DNA of 32,000 nt from Raphidiopsis brookii D9 (GTDB taxonomy: Bacteria; Cyanobacteriota; Cyanobacteriia; Cyanobacteriales; Nostocaceae): NCBI GenBank assembly GCA_000175855.1, contig ACYB01000004.1, forward strand, positions 30,001 to 62,000, in the 5' to 3' direction. The notes under the pieces are model-generated. The model ran no database searches. It saw nothing but the letters and a program-made list of their open reading frames with translations, and was not told where the DNA came from. Position 1 is the first letter of the stretch. Each line of letters opens with the position of its first letter. The position numbers and the translations under genes were made by a program. Shown in pieces: positions 18,113-27,334 of this stretch.

Positions 18113-19445
18113 ATGAATAAAAGACTGAAGATAATTGTTTTAGATGATGATCCCACAGGTTCCCAAACGGTTCACAGTTGTCTACTGCTCATGCAATGGG
18201 ATGTGGAAACTCTCCGTTTAGGTCTCAAGGATCATGCCCCTATTTTCTTTTGTTTTGACCAACACCCGCTCCCTTACCCCAGAAGCAGCGGATAGAACCA
18301 CTCGAGAGGTGTGTCATAACCTAAAAATTGCCCTAGCACAAGAAAATATCGAAGATTTTCTGGTGGTAAGTCGTTCCGACTCCACATTGCGTGGTCATTA
18401 TCCCATAGAAACGGATGTGATAGCTGAGGAACTAGGACCCTTCGATGCCCATTTTCTGATTCCGGCATTTTTTGAAGGTGGTAGAATCACTCGTGATGCC
18501 ATCCATTACCTAATTATTGATGGTATTCCCACCCCCGTACATGAAACGGAATTTGCCCGTGATTCAGTATTTGGTTATAATTATAGTTATCTACCTAAAT
18601 ATGTTGAGGAAAAAACTCAAGGGCGAATACCAGAAAGTGCAGTCACTAAATTTACCCTGGAAGATATCCGTCAGGGGAGTTTGAACAGATTATTAACACT
18701 ACACAATAATCAGTGTGGAGTAGTTGACGGAGAAAGTCAGGAAGACCTGAACATGTTTGCGAGGGATATATTAACCGCTGCTACTGGGGGTAAACGCTTT
18801 CTGTTCCGTTCCGCTGCCAGTATATTAACCGCTTTAGCAAATTTGCCTCCCCAACCCATCGCCCCAGAAAATATGGCTAAGTGCGTGCGCGGTGGTAAGC
18901 CAGGAGTAGTAATTGTGGGGTCCCACGTGAAAAAAACCACCCAACAATTGGAGTCATTGCTAAAAATTCCTCAAACGGTGGGAATAGAGGTGAATGTGGC
19001 CAAACTCCTCTATGAATCGGTAAATGAATCTGGCGAACTTTTGGAAATTCTGCAGCAGGTAGAACAAGTACATCATGCGGGTAAAATACCGGTGGTTTAC
19101 ACCAGTCGTCAAGAATTGACCTTTCCAGATGTCAAAACCAGGTTAGACTTTGGCATTAGGGTTTCAGCGTTATTAATGGATATTGTCAGGGGACTGCCCA
19201 AAGACATAGGATTTCTCATCAGTAAAGGGGGTATAACTTCCAATGATGTTTTGAGCACGGGACTCTCCCTGACTTCTGCTAGGTTATTGGGTCAAATCTT
19301 ACCCGGTTGCTCTATGGTAACCACACCATCTGATCATCCTCATTTCCCCCTTCTACCAGTAGTATTATTTCCAGGTAATGTGGGTAATACGGATGCCTTA
19401 GCTACAATTTGCCAACGACTAACCATTAGTAATCCAGTCAAGTAA
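18113..19445 (+). pseudogene. Four-carbon acid sugar kinase family (DUF1537) gene with a +1 frameshift
   Basis: ORF 18113..18295 (MNKRLKIIVLDDDPTGSQTVHSCLLL..KDHAPIFF) and ORF 18234..19445 (..FVLTNTRSLTPEAADR...SRSDSTLRGHYP...FFEGGRIT...) are the N- and C-terminal parts of one protein. Removing one T from the T4 run at 18248..18251 restores ..APIFFVLTNTRSL... Confidence 0.75.
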
Positions 19446-19521
19446 TTGGGAATTGGGGATGGATACTGGGTAGTTAGCAGTGCAAAAATACAAAAAAAAC
19501 TGTCACCTATGAATAAAAACT

Positions 19522-20418
19522 ATGAATTATCATGTTGGCAAGTCGGTAGCAAATTTGGAACCAGAGTCAGGTCATGTTATGAACAATATAGAGGTTAGTC
19601 CCCCGCAGAGGACTGAGTTGAATAGGGAGTCAATAGATGAGAACAGTCTTCCATCAGACTCACCCAACTACAGCATTAATCACAATATAAACCACAATGT
19701 TCAAGTCCAGATAAAAACAGAAGATGGTAAAATACTATTAATCTTGCCTACCGAATCCCAAGCACCAGCTAGTATGTTTACCTGGTCAGATATTTGGCAA
19801 CAAATCCAACAGCGTCTTAAAGGTGGCGATCGCCTGCGTCAGCCTAATAGTGTATTACATTTAGTGGCAAAAGACCGCTTATTAGATAGTAGGCAGTTAC
19901 AACAAATGAAGGACACCTTAAATGAGATGCAACTGGAATTAAAACTAGTAGTTACCAGTAGGAGACAAACTGCGATCGCTGCTTGTACCATAGGATGTTC
20001 TGTTGAGCAGACGAAAATACAAACATCCTTTGGTAATGACAGCCAAGAAAATCCGAAAGCCCTAGCAGATGCGTTGTATTTGGAAACAACTATCAGATCT
20101 GGGGGGGAAATTCGCCATCCTGGAACAGTAGTTATTTTAGGAGACATCAATCCTGGTGGTATTGTAATTGCGGAGGGGGATATTATGGTGTGGGGGCGTT
20201 TACGAGGGGTGGCCCATGCTGGTGCAGGGGGAAATAGGGAATCTTTAATCATGGCCCTGCAAATGGAGCCAACTCAAATCAGAATTGCCGATGCTTTAGC
20301 CAGGTCTCCGGAAAAATCACTAACTAGCTTTTTTCCAGAGGTTGCGTATATCACTAATAATGGTATTCGTATTGCCAGAGCTACCAGTTTTTCCAGGAAT
20401 CAGCTAAGTAAAATATAG
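19522..20418 (+). CDS. minC: Septum site-determining protein MinC
   Basis: 298 aa. The C-terminal beta-helix region GGEIRHPGTVVILGDINPGGIVIAEGDIMVWGRLRGVAHAGAGGN...ALQMEPTQIRIAD is typical MinC. The N-terminal start is uncertain; MNNIEV at 19579 is an alternative. Confidence 0.85.
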   Translation: MNYHVGKSVANLEPESGHVMNNIEVSPPQRTELNRESIDENSLPSDSPNYSINHNINHNVQVQIKTEDGKILLILPTESQAPASMFTWSDIWQQIQQRLKGGDRLRQPNSVLHLVAKDRLLDSRQLQQMKDTLNEMQLELKLVVTSRRQTAIAACTIGCSVEQTKIQTSFGNDSQENPKALADALYLETTIRSGGEIRHPGTVVILGDINPGGIVIAEGDIMVWGRLRGVAHAGAGGNRESLIMALQMEPTQIRIADALARSPEKSLTSFFPEVAYITNNGIRIARATSFSRNQLSKI

Positions 20419-20488
20419 CTTTAGCCAGAAAGTTAACATAGCTCAAAAACCTGAGGATGAATCTAGAGGTCATCCACCTATTCAACTT

Positions 20489-20559
20489 AATATTTAGAAT
20501 ATTTAGCTTAATATATTAGTTTAATATTTAGATTTAGCCTAGTTTTTAACCTAAATATT
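20489..20559. repeat. Cluster of AATATTTAG repeats upstream of minD
   Basis: Direct copies lie at 20489..20497, 20498..20506 and 20523..20531. A variant AATATATTAG lies at 20510..20519, and an inverted copy CTAAATATT at 20551..20559. All were read directly from the sequence. Confidence 0.55.
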
Positions 20560-20604
20560 GATTGACTACTGTTGCTGCCTAACTCAATTAAATCCGTTGC
20601 TATC

Positions 20605-21402
20605 ATGAGTCGTATTATTGTGACTACCTCCGGTAAGGGAGGAGTGGGTAAAACCACAGTTTCCGCAAATCTAGGCATGGCCTTAGCCAAAACTGGGCGA
20701 AAGGTGGCCCTGGTGGATGCGGATTTTGGACTGAGAAATTTAGACCTGTTATTAGGACTAGAAAACCGCATAGTTTATACAGCACTGGAAGTTCTAGGGG
20801 GAGAATGTCGTCTAGAACAAGCTTTAGTGAAGGATAAGCGACAACCAAATCTGGTGTTGCTCCCAGCAGCTCAAAATCGTACTAAAGATGCTGTTACACC
20901 AGAGCAAATGAAATTGCTAGTTGATGAACTGGCGCAAAAATATGAGTATGTGTTGATAGACAGTCCAGCAGGGATTGAAATGGGGTTCAAAAACGCTATT
21001 AATGCTGCTCGAGAAGCTCTTATTGTCACCACACCGGAAATTTCTTCCGTTCGAGATGCTGACCGCGTGGTGGGACTACTAGAAGCACAGGATATTAAAA
21101 AAATTCATTTAATAGTGAACCGGATTAGACCAGCAATGGTGAGAGCTAATGATATGATGTCGGTGGAGGATGTACAAGAAATTCTTGCTATTCCCCTAAT
21201 CGGAGTTGTTCCCGATGACGAACGTGTAATAGTCTCTACCAACAGGGGGGAACCCTTGGTGTTGTCAGAAACACCCTCCTTGGCCGCTGTAGCATTCGAA
21301 AACATTGCCCGCAGATTGCAAGGGGGAACCGTGGAATTTCTCGATCTTGATTCGGGCAATGACAACATCTTATTGCGCTTGCGTAAATTGTTGTGGAAAT
21401 AA
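20605..21402 (+). CDS. minD: Septum site-determining ATPase MinD
   Basis: The ATG at 20605 gives MSRIIVTTSGKGGVGKTTVSANLG (deviant Walker A), DADFGLRNLDLLLGLE, and a C-terminal amphipathic tail LRLRKLLWK. The ORF-track start at 20572 is an upstream TTG. Confidence 0.93.
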   Translation: MSRIIVTTSGKGGVGKTTVSANLGMALAKTGRKVALVDADFGLRNLDLLLGLENRIVYTALEVLGGECRLEQALVKDKRQPNLVLLPAAQNRTKDAVTPEQMKLLVDELAQKYEYVLIDSPAGIEMGFKNAINAAREALIVTTPEISSVRDADRVVGLLEAQDIKKIHLIVNRIRPAMVRANDMMSVEDVQEILAIPLIGVVPDDERVIVSTNRGEPLVLSETPSLAAVAFENIARRLQGGTVEFLDLDSGNDNILLRLRKLLWK

Positions 21403-21567
21403 ACTCAACCAAGAGTGATTCGCGGGGGTATTTACCAATTTTTTAAATCAGGGGATCAAAAACAAGAAAATCCTTGTAGTGTGTTTTTAACACTTTATCA
21501 GGGATCTTGTCAGATATAACTTATTTTTCAATGTTTTGTTTTTTTCAATTCTCGGCAAATACTAGCA

Positions 21568-21873
21568 ATGATTGTTGAACTTTTAGAAAAACTTTTTGTT
21601 CGCACACCCGACACCAGTCGCAACCAGGTGAAGCGTCGACTACAAGTGGTTATCGCCCATGACCGCGCTAGCATAGACCCCCAAACCCTGGATAAAATGC
21701 GTCAGGAAATTCTGGAGGTTGTCTGTAAGTATGTAGAAATTGATACTAATGGCTCCGAGTTTTCTTTAGAAAGTGACCAACGTACCACTGCTTTGATCGC
21801 CAACTTGCCCATTCGAAGGATCAAGACGGTTACATCGGAATTGGCCATCAGTGATGGTTCTGCAGGGAGCTAG
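21568..21873 (+). CDS. minE: Cell division topological specificity factor MinE
   Basis: 101 aa. LEKLFVR...[43 protein letters not shown] is the typical MinE pattern, and the gene lies directly downstream of minD. Confidence 0.88.
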   Translation: MIVELLEKLFVRTPDTSRNQVKRRLQVVIAHDRASIDPQTLDKMRQEILEVVCKYVEIDTNGSEFSLESDQRTTALIANLPIRRIKTVTSELAISDGSAGS

Positions 21874-21904
21874 TGGCCACCTGCAATTTGAGTGTCAACA
21901 CTTA

Positions 21905-22621
21905 CTACTTGGCAATCACTAGTTCCGTACTACCTTTTGACCGTTTCCGGGTTAAGGCATTGTAAACCATGATACCAATAGCCTTAATCAAATTCCCTTC
22001 CAATTCTTGGAACATTTTCATGTTGATACTAAAAGCTGCATTGGCTTCCTCTACAATGCGATCGCCTGTTTCATTATCAATGGGCATGGCGTCCAAATTT
22101 TGTCTATATTTAGTTTTAAATGACTTCTCATCGCTAATATCTGCAAATTCATAAAAACTAGTACCTTCACCTGCTGTGAGGTTCATTGCGGTTACGGCAA
22201 TGTTTTTGAGAATTTGTCCACCAGAAAGATCTCCTAAATAACGGGTGTAGGAGTGTGCAATTAATAATTCTGGTGCTGTGGCGGAAATTTCCCGAATACG
22301 TTTTACATAAGACTCACCAGCAGGAGATAATTGAATCTGCTCTCGCCAGTTATAACCATAATAATACGCTAAATCCTCTTCTAAACTGCGCTTGCGGTTT
22401 AGTTCAGGAAAATAAATCTTGCCTACAACCGGGTGGGTTTTGTGTTTTTCCATTTCCTCTTCCATTGCTGAGTAAATGAAATAAAAGTTAGCAACTAACT
22501 TGCGATATGAGTTTTTTTCTACAACTCCTTTGAGAAAACACTTGACAAAACCCACATTTTCTGCCATCGTATGTGCTTTTTTGGTTCCTACTCGTAACTG
22601 GGAGGCTAAATTGCTGCTCAT
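21905..22621 (-). CDS. ho1: Heme oxygenase (biliverdin-producing)
   Basis: 238 aa. MSSNLASQLRVGTKKAHTMAENVGFVKCFLKGVV contains the proximal His context. YTRYLGDLSGGQILK is also present. Confidence 0.92.
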   Translation of the reverse strand: MSSNLASQLRVGTKKAHTMAENVGFVKCFLKGVVEKNSYRKLVANFYFIYSAMEEEMEKHKTHPVVGKIYFPELNRKRSLEEDLAYYYGYNWREQIQLSPAGESYVKRIREISATAPELLIAHSYTRYLGDLSGGQILKNIAVTAMNLTAGEGTSFYEFADISDEKSFKTKYRQNLDAMPIDNETGDRIVEEANAAFSINMKMFQELEGNLIKAIGIMVYNALTRKRSKGSTELVIAK

Positions 22622-22867
22622 GTTAAATTTCTCTACTTTAAAAAGTCAACTGTTGCGGTTTTTGCACCAATTTGTCAAAAATCCTACTAAAAAATTAGAT
22701 TAGAACTTTATGATGAGAATTTACATTAAAATTCATTAAGCTGGGAATGCGTAAAATATTTTATACTCAATACTCCGGGTGAGACAAAAAATTGTGGAAT
22801 AAATATTAACTTGTTATAGTGTAATCAAAATTCTGCTGATTTTTGGTGATGGTGTGGAGTGTTAAAA

Positions 22868-24313
22868 ATGGTTTCTTCTATGAATCGGACTCAAAGCTTG
22901 GTATCGAAAGAATTGGAAACGGAAAGTAGTTTTGCGTTGAACCTAATACCTTTACCTGCAACACCTTTATTTGGCACTGATGGTATTCGTGGCAAAGTGG
23001 GAGAGCTGTTGAGTGCACCTCTGGGTTTACAAATAGGTTTTTGGGCGGGTATGGTTCTGCGTGATCACGCTGTGGATGATGGACCAATTATTCTCGGTCA
23101 AGACTCTAGAAATTCCAGTGATATGCTGGCCATGGCTTTGAGTGCGGGTTTAACTGCAGCAGGTTTAGAAGTTTGGTACTTAGGTTTATGTCCTACTCCT
23201 TGTGTAGCTTATCTGACTAGCATGACCTCCGCCATTGGTGGGGTAATGATTTCTGCTAGCCATAATCCACCAGAAGACAATGGGATTAAGATTTTTGGAG
23301 CTGACGGCACAAAATTATCCAAGGAATTACAAGTTGCAATAGAATCGGGACTGCGTGGTAAAACTACACTTAGTAGTAGTGTTAAACAATGGGGTAAACA
23401 CTACCTAAGAACAGATTTAATCGGAAATTACGGCAAAGCGCTGCAACATCCGTTACAACATCAGGTGAATCTTTCGGGAATGAAGATAGTTCTGGATGTG
23501 GCGTGGGGAGCAGCTGTAGGACTGGCACCAACCATATTTACCCAGATGGGAGCCGATGTAATTTGTTTACATAACCAACCGGATGGCGATCGCATCAATG
23601 TGAATTGTGGGTCTACCCACTTGGACATTTTAGCGGATGCTGTAAAAGAATATGGAGCGCATATAGGATTTGCCTTTGATGGAGATGCGGATCGGGTATT
23701 GGCGGTGGATAATTTAGGTAGACAAGTTAATGGGGACTATATTTTGTACCTTTGGGGTTGTGAGTTGCAGGGGGAAGCAAAATTGCCAGACAACCTAATT
23801 ATTTCCACAGTCATGGCCAACCTAGGATTTGAAAGAGCGTGGGAACAGCAAGGTGGTAAATTAATTCGCACAGCGGTTGGTGACCAATATGTGCAAGCAG
23901 AAATGCTGAAAACAGGGGGAATGTTAGGGGGGGAGCAATCCGGACATATTCTTTGTCGTCATTATGGTATGACTGGAGATGGACTATTAACAGCATTGCA
24001 TTTAGCCTCCATAGTCAAAACAAGGGGACTGTCTCTAGCACAGATGATAGATGAGAGTTTTCAAACCTATCCCCAAGTCCTACAAAACGTCCGGGTGGAA
24101 GATAGGGAACAACGCTTGGGATGGGAAAAATGTCAACCTATACAACAGGCGATCGCTCTTGCTGAAGTAGCCATGGGAGATAGTGGTAGAATATTGGTAC
24201 GTGCATCTGGTACAGAACCGGTTATTAGAGTGATGGTGGAAGCTAAGGATAGGGAATTGGTTAATTACTGGACTAGAGAAATAGTTTCACAAGTGCAGAA
24301 GCATTTGGGTTAA
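22868..24313 (+). CDS. glmM: Phosphoglucosamine mutase
   Basis: [12 protein letters not shown], the active-site string [22 protein letters not shown] and GGEQSGH are present. The start is set at the first ATG (22868); the track ORF begins at a GTG at 22859. Confidence 0.9.
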   Translation: MVSSMNRTQSLVSKELETESSFALNLIPLPATPLFGTDGIRGKVGELLSAPLGLQIGFWAGMVLRDHAVDDGPIILGQDSRNSSDMLAMALSAGLTAAGLEVWYLGLCPTPCVAYLTSMTSAIGGVMISASHNPPEDNGIKIFGADGTKLSKELQVAIESGLRGKTTLSSSVKQWGKHYLRTDLIGNYGKALQHPLQHQVNLSGMKIVLDVAWGAAVGLAPTIFTQMGADVICLHNQPDGDRINVNCGSTHLDILADAVKEYGAHIGFAFDGDADRVLAVDNLGRQVNGDYILYLWGCELQGEAKLPDNLIISTVMANLGFERAWEQQGGKLIRTAVGDQYVQAEMLKTGGMLGGEQSGHILCRHYGMTGDGLLTALHLASIVKTRGLSLAQMIDESFQTYPQVLQNVRVEDREQRLGWEKCQPIQQAIALAEVAMGDSGRILVRASGTEPVIRVMVEAKDRELVNYWTREIVSQVQKHLG

Positions 24314-24328
24314 GACCCTATTAATCTA

Positions 24329-24351
24329 AGGGGGTTTGGGACCTAAACCCC
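24329..24351 (+). terminator. GC-rich hairpin downstream of glmM (possible terminator, no adjacent U-tract)
   Basis: GGGGGTTT-gggacct-AAACCCCC forms an 8-bp perfect stem 16 nt after the glmM stop. The following sequence, CCAGCAGTTTC, is not a proper T-run. Confidence 0.4.
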
Positions 24352-24464
24352 CCAGCAGTTTCAAAATAACTGGAAAATATCCGCAAGGTTGGGAACTAAT
24401 CTCAGATGAACAGGGTCAATGGGGAAAGATAGAATAGAAATTGATTTTATTGAGGCGAAAAACC

Positions 24465-24977
24465 ATGAGAGTTAGCACTAGAAAAATTTTTAGCTTTGGG
24501 TTGGTCAGTTTGTTAATGGTGGGGGGAATTTCCCCTGTTGCTTTTGCTGCTGAAAAAACCCCGTTAACCAAAACACCAGTCAATACAAATATTGCACAAG
24601 CCCAGAGACAAGTTAATCAAACTACACAAAAAAGAAACTCACTTCAAAGGTTTAATTTGACCTCGGAGCAACAAGCTAAAATACGAGATATCCGTCGTGA
24701 TACCTATAGTAAAATTGAGAGTATTCTTACACCAGAACAAAAGACTAAATTCCAAGCAGCAGTGAAACAACGTGAGACGGAATATAGCAACCCTGGTGGG
24801 TCAAAACGTGGTCGGGGGCTTAATGTTTTGCGTTCTTTGGGTTTAACTGATGAACAAAAAAATCAAATTCGCGAAATCAGATCATCATCTAGACAACAAA
24901 TGCAGTCCATATTAACTCCTGAACAAAAAGCACAATGGCAGCAATTTCAACAAAGGAATCGTCGTCAATATAGGTAA
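24465..24977 (+). CDS. Secreted Spy/CpxP-like (LTXXQ-motif) protein with internal duplication
   Basis: The ATG at 24465 gives the signal peptide MRVSTRKIFSFGLVSLLMVGGISPVAFA. Two homologous modules follow: LTSEQQAKIRDIRRDTYSKIESILTPEQKTKFQ and LTDEQKNQIREIRSSSRQQMQSILTPEQKAQWQ. Confidence 0.7.
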   Translation: MRVSTRKIFSFGLVSLLMVGGISPVAFAAEKTPLTKTPVNTNIAQAQRQVNQTTQKRNSLQRFNLTSEQQAKIRDIRRDTYSKIESILTPEQKTKFQAAVKQRETEYSNPGGSKRGRGLNVLRSLGLTDEQKNQIREIRSSSRQQMQSILTPEQKAQWQQFQQRNRRQYR

Positions 24978-25044
24978 CAGGGAGATGGGGACATACCAAA
25001 TTGACTTACTTACTTTAAATTATAAAAAATTATAAAAATCGATT

Positions 25045-25842
25045 ATGAACCCATTCAATAGGGAGAAAATACAATTTTATTTGACAGATTTAACAACCCC
25101 AGTTGGGCAGATAATTAATTTCGTAATAGCATTATTAGTCTTGTTGTCATCAGCAATATTTGTAGTAGAAACCTATAATATTTCCCCTGATGCTCGCACG
25201 GAACTGAGCATCCTAAATACCTGTATATTAGCCATTTTTACTGGAGAGTACTTATTGCGTTTGTGGAGCGCAAAGCAAAAAAGCAAATATTTTTTTAGTG
25301 TTTATTCAATTATTGACTTGATGGCAATTATACCATACTTTATTGGGTTTGTGGATATTAGATTTATTCGATTATTGAGATGGTTAAGAATTTTAAGACT
25401 ACTGAGATTCATCGATAAAAAGTTCCTATTTTTTAGTATTAGTGAGGATAGTGTAATTTTTGCCCGCATATTATTTACTTTATTTGCCATTATTTTTGTG
25501 TATTCAGGTTTGATTTATCAGGTTGAACATCCTATTAACCCTGAACGGTTTAGCACCTTTTTAGATGCTTTTTATTTCTCGGTAGTCACTATGACAACTG
25601 TGGGATTCGGGGATGTGACACCTGTTTCTGAGTGGGGGCGCTTATTAACTGTGTTCATGATTTTAACCGGTGTGGCCTTGATTCCTTGGCAAGTGGGAGA
25701 TTTGATTAAAAGATTTTTAAAAACCTCTAATCAGGTAGAGAACACCTGTTCAAGTTGTGGTTTAGCTTTTCATGATGGCGACGCTCTATTTTGCAAAAGG
25801 TGTGGTGCAAAGTTACCGCAGGTTTCTCCCTCACCCCAGTAA
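25045..25842 (+). CDS. Voltage-sensor-containing (6-TM, Kv-type) potassium channel with C-terminal zinc ribbon
   Basis: 265 aa. The S4-like helix IRFIRLLRWLRILRLLRF has Arg at every third position (six Arg; nt 25357..25410). The K+ selectivity filter TMTTVGFGD lies at about nt 25588..25614. The C-terminus reads CSSC...CKRC (nt 25747..25806). Confidence 0.85.
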   Translation: MNPFNREKIQFYLTDLTTPVGQIINFVIALLVLLSSAIFVVETYNISPDARTELSILNTCILAIFTGEYLLRLWSAKQKSKYFFSVYSIIDLMAIIPYFIGFVDIRFIRLLRWLRILRLLRFIDKKFLFFSISEDSVIFARILFTLFAIIFVYSGLIYQVEHPINPERFSTFLDAFYFSVVTMTTVGFGDVTPVSEWGRLLTVFMILTGVALIPWQVGDLIKRFLKTSNQVENTCSSCGLAFHDGDALFCKRCGAKLPQVSPSPQ

Positions 25843-25848
25843 TGGTAA

Positions 25849-26739
25849 TCAGAGTCCTAATTTTTCCAAAACCGGTTTAGTGGAAACAATATGACGTTCC
25901 AAACCCAGTAATTGGGGACTAATTCCCAAACCCAGGGCAATTAATTGGGGTAAATGTAAAATAGGCAATTGCAGTTTTTTCGATATCACTTTTTCTATTT
26001 CCGGTTGACGAGAATCCAGGTTCAAATGACAAAGGGGACAAGGTGTCACAATACAATCCGCACCTTTGGATAGAGCTTCTTCAATGTGCATTCCTGCCAT
26101 CTTAAAAGACTCATTTGTTGCGTAGCTCGAAAGAGGCCAACCACAACATTGATTTCTACCACGATAATACACTGGGGTGGCACCTAAAACCCTAAATATG
26201 TTTTCCATTCCTTCAGGGTGGAATGGATCCTCATTAGGATGTTTTTCTGAACGCAGTAAATAACAACCATAAAACGCAGCACATTTAAGATTACTTAATT
26301 TACAAGTCAGACGCTGACCTATTTTCTCCAAACCGTAGTCTTGAATCAGAGCATATAAAATGTGTTTGACTTCTGTGTTACCCTGGTAGGGGGAACAGTT
26401 TTCTTTTGTTAATAGTCCATTAATTTGGTTTAAATAGACCGGATTATTTTCCTGACAGTGTTTAAGTCGTTCATTTACACGACCAATAACACCCTGGCAA
26501 GTGCTACAGTGGGTTAACAAGGGTAGGTTTAATTCTTCTGCTAAAGCTATATTGCGAGCATTAACAGTGTCCTCTAACAATTGGGAATCTTCCTTAAAGG
26601 TTCCTGACCCGCAGCAGGCGGCCTTTTTAATTTCTACCAGTTCAATTCCTAAAGATTGGGTCAGTGCACGAGTGGAAATATCCAACTCCCGACAAGCACC
26701 CTGAGCTACACAACCAGGATAGTAGGCGTATTTGAGCAT
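25849..26739 (-). CDS. CCG-domain protein (HdrB / SdhE-like heterodisulfide reductase subunit B family)
   Basis: The ATG at 26739 gives MLKYAYYPGCVAQG. There are two Cys-rich CCG repeats (..KKAACCGSG.. and ..GRNQCCGWPL..TPCPLCHLN). The track ORF starts at an upstream TTG at 26754. Confidence 0.8.
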   Translation of the reverse strand: MLKYAYYPGCVAQGACRELDISTRALTQSLGIELVEIKKAACCGSGTFKEDSQLLEDTVNARNIALAEELNLPLLTHCSTCQGVIGRVNERLKHCQENNPVYLNQINGLLTKENCSPYQGNTEVKHILYALIQDYGLEKIGQRLTCKLSNLKCAAFYGCYLLRSEKHPNEDPFHPEGMENIFRVLGATPVYYRGRNQCCGWPLSSYATNESFKMAGMHIEEALSKGADCIVTPCPLCHLNLDSRQPEIEKVISKKLQLPILHLPQLIALGLGISPQLLGLERHIVSTKPVLEKLGL

Positions 26740-26919
26740 GAGTGTAAGAGGCAATAAATAATTGGCGTCTCCCCACGGGATTGCCTTATGTGGGATTATA
26801 GCACATAGATAGTTGGAAAAATACTAGCTAGTTACCACCCTTTCCGATAAGATCTATATGCTCAGGACAAATTGTCCACAGTGAGCAGATCCAGCAAGAA
26901 GTTAAGGAATGTTTGTTAT

Positions 26920-27177
26920 ATGAGCGCGAATGAAATTTTTGATAAAGTGAAGAAAGTTGTGGCTACCCAACTCAGTGTTGATGCTGACAAAGTTGTCCCC
27001 GAGGCAAGTTTTGCCAATGACTTGCAGGCGGATTCCTTGGATACGGTGGAATTGGTAATGGCCCTGGAAGAGGAATTTAAGGTGGAAATTCCCGATGAAG
27101 CTGCTGAAAAAATTACTACGGTTCAGGAAGCGGTAGATTACATAAATAATCAAATTGCTGCTAAGCCCGCATCATAA
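26920..27177 (+). CDS. acpP: Acyl carrier protein
   Basis: The ATG at 26920 gives [25 protein letters not shown]...[19 protein letters not shown], which contains the DSLD phosphopantetheine attachment site. Confidence 0.93.
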   Translation: MSANEIFDKVKKVVATQLSVDADKVVPEASFANDLQADSLDTVELVMALEEEFKVEIPDEAAEKITTVQEAVDYINNQIAAKPAS

Positions 27178-27334
27178 GTATTGTATGGGGTCTGGTTTTC
27201 ATGGACAGCTAATTAGCAGTTAATACCCATTAAAAACCGACCTGTTCTAATCATAAGTATGCTGGCTTGTAGATAGCCACCAAATACTTTTTAACTAAAA
27301 ATATCCGCTGCTTTTTGCCACCTTTAACTGAATC

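Noticed and set aside
19839-20252. 137-aa ORF antisense to minC, and similar antisense ORFs at 20508..20771, 20624..20848 and 21105..21368 in the minC-minD spacer and minD
   Set aside because: They lie opposite well-supported MinC and MinD frames and have no motifs of their own.
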